From Euglena gracilis (taxonomy: Eukaryota): a DNA stretch of 64,000 nucleotides. Shown here piece by piece: positions 53,335 through 64,000 of the stretch. The first letter of the stretch is position 1; each line of letters starts with the position of its first letter. A model generated the notes under the pieces. That model worked only from the letters and a program-made list of their open reading frames with translations, was not told where the DNA came from and did no database searches. The translations under genes were made by a program, and so were the position numbers. The stretch is taken from contig CP154954.1 in NCBI GenBank assembly GCA_039621445.1, positions 34,953,703-35,017,702 on the forward strand, written 5' to 3'.

Positions 53335-56206
53335 TACTCCCAGTAACCGAATGGGTGTTCCAGGAGGCCTCCAAAGTCAGGGGACCCGTTGGTTTCATGA
53401 TTGTCGTGGTTTAATGGTAAGAAAAACATGCAGCCGGAAGGTTGGTTGCAAGAAATGAGCAGATTTAGATGGGTGCATTCGACCATTCCGGGGGACATTT
53501 ACCAGGTCAGCCCAGGTTACCATGTAAAAAGGACCAAATTGGGCCTTACTCCGAGTTACCGAATGGGTGTTCCAGGAGGCCTCCAAAGTCAGGGGACCCG
53601 TTGGTTTCATGATTGTCGTGGTTTAATGGTAAGAAAAACATGCAGCCGGAAGGTTGGTTGCAAGAAATGAGCAGATTTAGATGGGTGCATTCGACCATTC
53701 CGGGGGACATTTACCAGGTCAGCCCAGGTTACCATGTAAAAAAGGACCAAATTGGGCCTTACTCCGAGTTACCGAATGGGTGTTCCAGGAGGCCTCCAAA
53801 GTCAGGGGACCCGTTGGTTTCATGATTGTCGTGGTTTAATGGTAAGAAAAACATGCAGCCGGAATGTTGGTTGCAAGAAATGAGCAGATTTAGATGGGTG
53901 CATTCGACCATTCCGGGGGACATTTACCAGGTCAGCCCAGGTTACCATGTAAAAATGGACCAAATTGGGCCTTACTCCGAGTAACCGAATGGGTGTTCCA
54001 GGAGGCCTCCAAAGTCAGGGGACCCGTTGGTTTCATGATTGTCGTGGTTTAATGGTAAGGAAAACATGCAGCGGGAATGTTGGTTGCAAGAAATGAGCAC
54101 ATTTAGATGGGTGCATTCGACCATTCCGGGGGACATTTACCAGGTCAGCCCAGGTTACCATGTAAAAATGGACCAAATTGGGCCTTACTCCGAGTTACCG
54201 AATGGGTGTTCCAGGAGGCCTCCAAAGTCAGGGGACCCGTTGGTTTCATGATTGTCGTGGTTTAATGGTAAGGAAAACATGCAGCGGGAATGTTGGTTGC
54301 AAGAAATGAGCAGATTTAGATGGGTGCATTCGACCATTCCGGGGGACATTTACCAGGTCAGCCCAGGTTACCATGTAAAAATGGACCAAATTGGGCCTTA
54401 CTCCGAGTAACCGAATGGGTGTTCCAGGAGGCCTCCAAAGTCAGGGGACCCGTTGGTTTCATGATTGTCGTGGTTTAATGGTAAGAAAAACATGCAGCCG
54501 GAAGGTTGGTTGCAAGAAATGAGCAGATTTAGATGGGTGCATTCGACCATTCCGGGGGACATTTACCAGGTCAGCCCAGGTTACCATGTAAAAATGGACC
54601 AAATTGGGCCTTACTCCGAGTAACCGAATGGGTGTTCCAGGAGGCCTCCAAAGTCAGGGGACCCGTTGGTTTCATGATTGTCGTGGTTTAATGGTAAGAA
54701 AAAAATACAGCCGGAAGGTTGGTTGCAAGAAATGAGCAGATTTAGATGGGTGCATTCGACCATTCCGGGGGACATTTACCAGGTCAGCCCAGGTTACCAT
54801 GTAAAAATGGACCAAATTGGGCCTTACTCCGAGTTACCGAATGGGTGTTCCAGGAGGCCTCCAAAGTCAGGGGACCCGTTGGTTTCATGATTGTCGTGGT
54901 TTAATGGTAAGAAAAAAATTCAGCCGGAAGGTTGGTTGCAAGAAATGAGCAGATTTAGATGGGTGCATTCGACCATTCCGGGGGACATTTACCAGGTCAG
55001 CCCAGGTTACCATGTAAAAATGGACCAAATTGGGCCTTACTCCGAGTAACCGAATGGGTGTTCCAGGAGGCCTCCAAAGTCAGGGGACCCGTTGGTTTCA
55101 TGATTGTCGTGGTTTAATGGTAAGAAAAACATGCAGCGGGAATGTTGGTTGCAAGAAATGAGCAGATTTAGATGGGTGCATTCGACCATTCCGGGGGACA
55201 TTTACCAGGTCAGCCCAGGTTACCATGTAAAAATGGACCAAATTGGGCCCTACTCCGAGTAACCGAATGGGTGTTCCAGGAGGCCTCCAAAGTCAGGGGA
55301 CCCGTTGGTTTCATGATTGTCGTGGTTTAATGGTAAGAAAAACATGCAGCGGGAATGTTGGTTGCAAGAAATGAGCAGATTTAGATGGGTGCATTCGACC
55401 ATTCCGGGGGACATTTACCAGGTCAGCCCAGGTTACCATGTAAAAATGGACCAAATTGGGCCTTACTCCGAGTTACCGAATGGGTGTTCCAGGAGGCCTC
55501 CAAAGTCAGGGGACCCGTTGGTTTCATGATTGTCGTGGTTTAATGGTAAGAAAAACATGCAGCGGGAATGTTGGTTGCAAGAAATGAGCAGATTTAGATG
55601 GGTGCATTCGACCATTCCGGGGGACATTTACCAGGTCAGCCCAGGTTACCATGTAAAAATGGACCAAATTGGGCCTTACTCCGAGTTACCGAATGGGTGG
55701 TCCAGGAGGCCTCCAAAGTCAGGGGAACGTTGGTTTCATGATTGTCGTGGTTTAATGGTAAGAAAAACATGCAGCCGGAATGTTGGTTGCAAGAAATGAG
55801 CACATTTAGATGGGTGCATTCGACCATTCCGGGGGACATTTACCAGGTCAGCCCAGGTTACCATGTAAAAATGGACCAAATTGGGCCTTACTCCGAGTTA
55901 CCGAATGGGTGTTCCAGGAGGCCTCCAAAGTCAGGGGACCCGTTGGTTTCATGATTGTCGTGGTTTAATGGTAAGGAAAACATGCAGCGGGAATGTTGGT
56001 TGCAAGAAATGAGCAGATTTAGATGGGTGCATTCGACCATTCCGGGGGACATTTACCAGGTCAGCCCAGGTTACCATGTAAAAATGGACCAAATTGGGCC
56101 TTACTCCGAGTCACAGAATGGGTGTTCCAGTAGGCCTCTAAAGTCAGGGGACCCGTTGGTTTCATGATTGTCGTGGTTTAATGGTAATAAACATGCAGGC
56201 GGGTGG

Positions 56207-56326
56207 AAAAAAAAAAAAAAAAAAAAACAAAAACAAAAAAAAAAAAACTAAAAAAATAAAAAAAAAAAAAAAAACAAAAACTAAAAATAAAAATTAACAC
56301 AAATAAGAAAAAAAAAAAAAAAAAAA
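56207..56326. other. A-rich low-complexity tract inserted in one monomer (probable artefact, or an orphan poly(A) tail)
   Basis: About 120 nt of A-rich sequence lie between GCGGGTGG and TGTTGGTTGC. Net monomer length is 333 bp (56168 to 56501). No clear target-site duplication. Confidence 0.85.
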
Positions 56327-59300
56327 TGTTGGTTGCAAGAAATGAGCAGATTTAGATGGGTGCATTCGACCATTCCGGGGGACATTTACCAGGTCAGCCC
56401 AGGTTACCATGTAAAAATGGACCAAATTGGGCCTTACTCCGAGTTACCGAATGGGTGTTCCAGGAGGCCTCCAAAGTCAGGGGACCCGTTGGTTTCATGA
56501 TTGTCGTGGTTTAATGGTAAGAAAAACATACAGCGGGAATGTTGGTTGCAAGAAATGAGCACATTTAGATGGGTGCATTCGACCATTCCGGGGGACATTT
56601 ACCAGGTCAGCCCAGGTTACCATGTAAAAAATGACCAAATTGGGCCTTACTCCGAGTTACCGAATGGGTGTTCCAGGAGGCCTCCAAAGTCAGGGGACCC
56701 GTTGGTTTCATGATTGTCGTGGTTTAATGGTAAGAAAAACATGCAGCCGGAAGGTTGGTTGCAAGAAATGAGCAGATTTAGATGGGTGCATTCGACCATT
56801 CCGGGGGACATTTACCAGGTCAGCCCAGGTTACCACGTAAAAAAGGACCAAATTGGGCCTTACTCCGAGTTACCGAATGGGTGTTCCAGGAGGCCTCCAA
56901 AGTCAGGGGACCCGTTGGTTTCATGATTGTCGTGGTTTAATGGTAAGAAAAACATGCGGCCGGAAGGTTGGTTGCAAGAAATGAGCAGATTTAGATGGGT
57001 GCATTCGACCATTCCGGGGGACATTTACCAGGTCAGCCCAGGTTACCACGTAAAAAAGGACCAAATTGGGCCTTACTCCGAGTTACCGAATGGGTGTTCC
57101 AGGAGGCCTCCAAAGTCAGGGGACCCGTTGGTTTCATGATTGTCGTGGTTTAATGGTAAGAAAAACATGCGGCCGGAAGGTTGGTTGCAAGAAATGAGCA
57201 GATTTAGATGGGTGCATTCGACCATTCCGGGGGACATTTACCAGGTCAGCCCAGGTTACCATGTAAAAAGGACCAAATTGGGCCTTACTCCGAGTTACCG
57301 AATGGGTGTTCCAGGAGGCCTCCAAAGTCAGGGGACCCGTTGGTTTCATGATTGTCGTGGTTTAATGGTAAGAAAAACATGCGGCCGGAAGATTGGTTGC
57401 AAATAATGAGAAGATTTAGATGGGTGCATTCGACCATTCCGGGGGACATTTACCAGGTCAGCCCAGGTTACCATGTAAAAATGGACCAAATTGGGCCTTA
57501 CTCCGAGTTACCGAATGGGTGTTCCAGGAGGCCTCCAAAGTCAGGGGACCCGTTGGTTTCATGATTGTCGTGGTTTAATGGTAAGGAAAACATGCAGCGG
57601 GAATGTTGGTTGCAAGAAATGAGCACATTTAGATGGGTGCATTCGACCATTCCGGGGGACATTTACCAGGTCAGCCCAGGTTACCATGTAAAAATGGACC
57701 AAATTGGGCCTTACTCCGAGTTACCGAATGGGTGTTCCAGGAGGCCTCCAAAGTCAGGGGACCCGTTGGTTTCATGATTGTCGTGGTTTAATGGTAAGGA
57801 AAACATGCAGCGGGAATGTTGGTTGCAAGAAATGAGCAGATTTAGATGGGTGCATTCGACCATTCCGGGGGACATTTACCAGGTCAGCCCAGGTTACCAT
57901 GTAAAAATGGACCAAATTGGGCCTTACTCCGAGTCACAGAATGGGTGTTCCAGTAGGCCTCCAAAGTCAGGGGACCCGTTGGTTTCATGATTGTCGTGGT
58001 TTAATGGTAAGAAAAACATACAGCCGCAAGGTTGGTTGCAAGAAATGAGCAGATTTAGATGGGTGCATTCGACCATTCCGGGGGACATTTACCAGGTCAG
58101 CCCAGGTTACCATGTAAAAATGGACCAAATTGGGCCTTACTCCGAGTTACCGAATGGGTGTTCCAGTAGGCCTCCAAAGTCAGGGGACCCGTTGGTTTCA
58201 TGATTGTCGTGGTTTAATGGTAAGAAAAAACTACAGCCGGAAGGTTGGTTGCAAGGAATGAGCAGATTTAGATGGGTGCATTCGACCATTCCGGGGGACA
58301 TTTACCAGGTCAGCCCAGGTTACCATGTAAAAATGGACCAAATTGGGCCTTACTCCGAGTTACCGAATGGGTGTTCCAGGAGGCCTCCAAAGTCAGGGGA
58401 CCCGTTGGTTTCATGATTGTCGTGGTTTAATGGTAAGAAAAAACTACAGCCGGAAGGTTGGTTGCAAGGAATGAGCAGATTTAGATGGGTGCATTCGACC
58501 ATTCCGGGGGACATTTACCAGGTCAGCCCAGGTTACCATGTAAAAATGGACCAAATTGGGCCTTACTCCGAAAACCGAATGGGTGTTCCAGGAGGCCTCC
58601 AAAGTCAGGGGACCCGTTGGTTTCATGATTGTCGTGGTTTAATGGTAAGAAAAACATGCAGCGGGAATGTTGGTTGCAAGAAATGAGCAGATTTAGATGG
58701 GTGCATTCGACCATTCCGGGGGACATTTACCAGGTCAGCCCAGGTTACCATGTAAAAATGGACCAAATTGGCCTTACTCCGAGTTACCGAATGGGTGTTC
58801 CAGGAGGCCTCCAAAGTCAGGGGACCCGTTGGTTTCATGATTGTCGTGGTTTAATGGTAAGAAAAACATGCAGCGGGAATGTTGGTTGCAAGAAATGAGC
58901 AGATTTAGATGGGTGCATTCGACCATTCCGGGGGACATTTACCAGGTCAGCCCAGGTTACCATGTAAAAATGGACCAAATTGGGCCTTACTCCGAGTTAC
59001 CGAATGGGTGTTCCAGGAGGCCTCCAAAGTCAGGGGACCCGTTGGTTTCATGATTGTCGTGGTTTAATGGTAAGAAAACATGCAGCGGGAATGTTGGTTG
59101 CAAGAAATGAGCACATTTAGATGGGTGCATTCGACCATTCCGGGGGACATTTACCAGGTCAGCCCAGGTTACCATGTAAAAATGGACCAAATTGGGCCTT
59201 ACTCCGAGTTACCGACCGGGTGTTCCAGGAGGCCTCCAAAGTCAGGGGACCCGTTGGTTTCATGATTGTCGTGGTTTAATGGTAAGGAAAACATGCAGCG

Positions 59301-60759
59301 GGAATGTTGGTTGCAAGAAATGAGCAGATTTAGACGGGTGCATTCGACCATTCCGGGGGACATTTACCAGGTCAGCCCAGGTTACCATGTAAAAATGGAC
59401 CAAATTGGGCCTTACTCCGAGTCACAGAATGGGTGTTCCAGTAGGCCTCCAAAGTCAGGGGACCCGTTGGTTTCATGATTGTCGTGGTTTAATGGTAAGA
59501 AAAACATGCAGCGGGAATGTTGGTTGCAAGAATGAGCAGATTTAGATGGGTGCATTCGACCATTCCGGGGGACATTTACCAGGTCAGCCCAGGTTACCAT
59601 GTAAAAATGGACCAAATTGGGCCTTACTCCGAGTTACCGAATGGGTGTTCCAGTAGGCCTCCAAAGTCAGGGGACCCGTTGGTTTCATGATTGTCGTGGT
59701 TTAATGGTAAGAAAAAACTACAGCCGGAAGGTTGGTTGCAAGGAATGAGCAGATTTAGATGGGTGCATTCGACCATTCCGGGGGACATTTACCAGGTCAG
59801 CCCAGGTTACCATGTAAAAATGGACCAAATTGGGCCTTACTCCGAGTCACAGAATGGGTGTTCCAGTAGGCCTCCAAAGTCAGGGGACCCGTTGGTTTCA
59901 TGATTGTCGTGGTTTAATGGTAAGAAAAACATACAGCCGGAAGGTTGGTTGCAAGGAATGAGCAGATTTAGATGGGTGCATTCGACCATTCCGGGGGACA
60001 TTTACCAGGTCAGCCCAGGTTACCATGTAAAAATGGACCAAATTGGGCCTTACTCCGAGTTACCGAATGGGTGTTCCAGGAGGCCTCCAAAGTCAGGGGA
60101 CCCGTTGGTTTCATGATTGTAGTGGTTTAATGGTAAGAAAAACATGCAGCGGGAATGTTGGTTGCAAGAAATGAGCAGATTTAGATGGGTGCATTCGACC
60201 ATTCCGGGGGACATTTACCAGGTCAGCCCAGGTTACCATGTAAAAATGGACCAAATTGGGCCTTACTCCGAGTTACCGAATGGGTGTTCCAGTAGGCCTC
60301 CAAAGTCAGGGGACCCGTTGGTTTCATGATTGTCGTGGTTTAATGGTAAGAAAAAACTACAGCCGGAAGGTTGGTTGCAAGGAATGAGCAGATTTAGATG
60401 GGTGCACTCGACCATTCCGGGGGACATTTACCAGGTCAGCCCAGGTTACCATGTAAAAATGGACCAAATTGGGCCTTACTCCGAGTTACCGAACGGGTGT
60501 TCCAGGAGGCCTCCAAAGTCAGGGGACCCGTTGGTTTCATGATTGTCGTGGTTTAATGGTAAGGAAAACATGCAGCGGGAATGTTGGTTGCAAGAAATGA
60601 GCAGATGTAGATGGGTGCATTCGACCATTCCGGGGGACATTTACCAGGTCAGCCCAGGTTACCATGTAAAAATGGACCAAATTGGGCCTTACTCCGAGTT
60701 ACCGAATGGGTGTTCCAGTAGGCCTCCAAAGTCAGGGGACCCGTTGGTTTCATGATTGT

Positions 60760-62960
60760 CGTGGTTTAATGGTAAGAAAAAAAATACAGCCGGAAGGTTG
60801 GTTGCAAGGAATGAGCAGATTTAGATGGGTGCATTCGACCATTCCGGGGGACATTTACCAGGTCAGCCCAGGTTACCATGTAAAAATGGACCAAATTGGG
60901 CCTTACTCCGAGTCACAGAATGGGTGTTCCAGGAGGCCTCCAAAGTCAGGAGACCCGTTGGTTTCATGATTGTCGTGGTTTAATGGTAAAAAAAACACGC
61001 AGCCGGAAGGTTGGTTGCAAGAAATGAGCAGATTTAGATGAATGCATTCGACCATTCCGTAGGGACATTTACCAGGTCAGCCCAGGTTACCATGTAAAAA
61101 TGGACCAAATTGGGCCGTACTCCGAGTTACCGAATGGGTGTTCCAGGAGGCCTCCAAAGTCAGGGGACCTGTTGGTTTCATGATTGTCGTGGTTTCATGG
61201 TAAGAAAAACATGCAGAAGGAAGGTTGGTTGCAAGAAATGAGCAGATTTTGATGGGTGCATTCGACCATTCCGGGGGACATTTACCAGGTCAGCCTAGGT
61301 TACCATGTAAAAATGGACCAAATTGGGCCTTACTCCGAGTCACAGAATGGGTGTTCCAGTAGGCCTCCAAAGTCAGGGGACCCGTTGGTTTCATGATTGT
61401 CGTGGTTTAATGGTAAGAAAAACATACAGCCGGAAGGTTGGTTGCAAGGAATGAGCAGATTTAGATGGGTGCATTCGACCATTCCGGGGGACATTTACCA
61501 GGTCAGCCCAGGTTACCATGTAAAAATGGACCAAATTGGGCCTTACTCCGAGTTACCGAATGGGTGTTCCAGTAGGCCTCCAAAGTCAGGGGACCCGTTG
61601 GTTTCATGATTGTCGTGGTTTAATGGTAAGAAAAAACTACAGCCGGAAGGTTGGTTGCAAGGAATGAGCAGATTTAGATGGGTGCATTCGACCATTCCGG
61701 GGGACATTTACCAGGTCAGCCCAGGTTACCATGTAAAAATGGACCAAATTGGGCCTTACTCCGAGTCACCGAATGGGTGTTCCAGGAGGCCTCCAAAGTC
61801 AGGGGACCCGTTGGTTTCATGATTGTCGTGGTTTAATGGTAAGAAAAACATGCAGCGGGAATGTTGGTTGCAAGAAATGAGCAGATTTAGATGGGTGCAT
61901 TCGACCATTCCGGGGGACATTTACCAGGTCAGCCCAGGTTACCATGTAAAAATGGACCAAATTGGGCCTTACTCCGAGTTACCGAATGGGTGTTCCAGTA
62001 GGCCTCCAAAGTCAGGGGACCCGTTGGTTTCATGATTGTCGTGGTTTAATGGTAAGGAAAACATGCAGCGGGAATGTTGGTTGCAAGAAATGAGCAGATT
62101 TAGATGGGTGCATTCGACCATTCCGGGGGACATTTACCAGGTCAGCCCAGGTTACCATGTAAAAATGGACCAAATTGGGCATTACTCCGAGTTACCGAAT
62201 GGTGTTCCAGGAGGCCTCCGAAGTCAGGGGACCCGTTGGTTTCATGATTGTCGTGGTTTAATGGTAAGGAAAACATGCAGCGGGAATGTTGGTTGCAAGA
62301 AATGAGCAGATTTAGATGGGTGCATTCGACCATTCCGGGGGACATTTACCAGGTCAGCCCAGGTTACCATGTAAAAATGGACCAAATTGGGCCTTACTCC
62401 GAGTTACTGAATGGGTGTTCCAGTAGGCCTCCAAAGTCAGGGGACCCGTTGGTTTCATGATTGTCGTGGTTTAATGGTAAGAAAAACATACAGCCGGAAG
62501 GTTGGTTGCAAGAAATGAGCAGATTTAGATGGGTGCATTCGACCATTCCGGGGGACATTTACCAGGTCAGCCCAGGTTACCATGTAAAAATGGACCAAAT
62601 TGGGCCTTACTCCGAGTCACAGAATGGGTGTTCCAGGAGGCCTCCAAAGTCAGGGGACCCGTTGGTTTCATGATTGTCGTGGTTTAATGGTAAAAAAAAC
62701 ACGCAGCCGGAAGGTTGGTTGCAAGAAATGAGCAGATTTAGATGAATGCATTCGACCATTCCGTAGGGACATTTACCAGGTCAGCCCAGGTTACCATGTA
62801 AAAATGGACCAAATTGGGCCTTACTCCGAGTTACCGAATGGGTGTTCCAGGAGGCCTCCAAAGTCAGGGGACCCGTTGGTTTCATGATTGTCGTGGTTTC
62901 ATGGTAAGAAAAACATGCAGAAGGAAGGTTGGTTGCAAGAAATGAGACGCCTTTGATGGG
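60760..62960 (-). repeat. Block of 2-3 variant monomers duplicated at an 8-monomer (1704 bp) offset
   Basis: CCGTAGGGAC at 61057 and 62761. GATGAATGC and the following GTTTCATGG...GCAGAAGGAAGG variants repeat at the same offset. Confidence 0.8.
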
Positions 62961-63570
62961 TGAATTCGACCATTCCGGGGACATTTACCAGGTCAGCCCA
63001 GGTTACCATAAAAAAAATGAACCAAATGGGGCGTAACACCGTATATCCGAATGGGTGTCCCAGGAGGCCTCCAAAGTCAGGGGACCCGTTGGTTTCATGA
63101 TTGTCGTGGTTTAATGGTAAGAAAAACATGCAGCGGAAGGTGGTTGCAAGAATGAGCACATTAGATGGGTGCATTCGACCATTCCGGGGGACATTTACCA
63201 GGTCAGCCCAGGTTACCATGTAAAAATGGACCAAATTGGGCCTTACTCCGAGTAACCGAATGGGTGTTCCAGGAGGCCTCCAAAGTCAGGGGACCCGTTG
63301 GTTTCATGATTGTCGTGGTTTAATGGTAAGAAAAACATGCAGCCGGAAGGTTGGTTGCAAGAAATGAGCACATTTAGATGGGTGCATTCGACCATTCCGG
63401 GGGACATTTACCAGGTCAGCCCAGGTTACCATGTAAAAATGGACCAAATTGGGCCTTACTCGGAGTAACCGAATGGGTGTTCCAGGAGGCTTCCAAAGTC
63501 AGGGGACCCGTTGGTTTCATGATTGTCGTGGTTTATGGTAAGAAAAACATGCAGCGGGAATGTTGGTTGC

Positions 63571-64000
63571 AAGATACGAGCACATTTAGATGGTGCATTC
63601 GACCATTTCGGTGGACATGTGCCAGGACTGCCCAGGTCACGGTGTCCAAAGGGTCCAAAGTAGGCCTAATTCCGAGTAACCGAATGGGGGTTCAAGGAGG
63701 CCCCCAAAGCCAAGGCACCTTTGGGTTTCCAGTTTGTCGTGGTCTAATGGTAAGAAAAACATGCAGCGGGAATGTTGGTTGCAAGATACGAGCACATTTA
63801 GATGGGTGCATTCGACCATTTCGGTGGACATGTGCCAGGACTGCCCAGGTCACGGTGTCCAAAGGGTCCAAAGTAGGCCTAATTCCGAGTAACCGAATGG
63901 GGGTTCAAGGAGGCCCCCAAAGCCAAGGCACCTTTGGGTTTCAAGTTTGTCGTGGTCTAAGGGTAAGAAAAACATTCAGCGGGAATGTTGGTTGCAAGAT
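63571..64000 (-). repeat. Diverged 213-bp satellite subfamily, 2 near-identical copies, running off the window end
   Basis: GACCATTTCGGTGGACATGTGCCAGGACTGCCCAGGTCACGGTGTCCAAAGGGTCC at 63601 and 63814 (period 213). Hand alignment gives about 32 substitutions versus the main consensus. Confidence 0.92.

Larger units (their letters stand above)
24805..63570 (-). repeat. 213-bp tandem satellite array, right arm (reverse complement of left arm, about 182 monomers)
   Basis: From 24805 the sequence reads TTCCA(G/A)GAGGCCTCCAAAGTCAGGGGACCCGTTGGTTTCATGATTGTCGTGGTTTAATGG..., the reverse complement of the left-arm monomer. Repeated ORFs at 48010, 48223, 48436, 48649 and 48862 confirm the 213-bp period. 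Confidence 0.98.

Noticed and set aside
56207-56326. LINE or SINE insertion
   Set aside because: There is no element body and no target-site duplication, only an A-rich tract.
950-63831. Many 60-123 aa ORFs in the six-frame track
   Set aside because: All are translations of the same satellite monomer in different frames, opened by 1-bp indels or stop-loss SNPs. Many use alternative starts. None resembles a protein family I recognise.
1-64000. CRISPR array or other repeat-spacer system
   Set aside because: The whole 213 bp is repeated. There are no unique spacers, no leader and no cas or other genes.

Overview
The whole 64 kb window is one tandem satellite-DNA array of a 213-bp monomer (about 48% GC by hand count of the consensus; about 300 copies). 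No gene, RNA gene, CRISPR array or recognisable transposon can be supported, and every ORF in the track is a translation of the satellite. The array has clear internal structure. (1) A single sharp strand inversion at 24804/24805 makes the window a large imperfect inverted repeat (about 116 monomers in one orientation, about 184 in the other). (2) Monomers are most diverged and rearranged near the inversion and most homogeneous far from it, and diagnostic variants are shared across the junction. (3) Local higher-order repeats (HORs) of 3, 4, 6, 7, 8, 10 and 13 monomers follow one another along the array. (4) There are several truncated monomers. (5) Three homopolymer-rich insertions (poly-G, poly-C/T, poly-A) are probably long-read artefacts. 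(6) The last ~430 bp switch abruptly to a ~15% diverged 213-bp subfamily. The monomer carries short dyad symmetries and an 8/9 match to the CENP-B-box core. This architecture is typical of eukaryotic centromeric or pericentromeric satellite (inference). I cannot identify the organism or the satellite family from the sequence alone.
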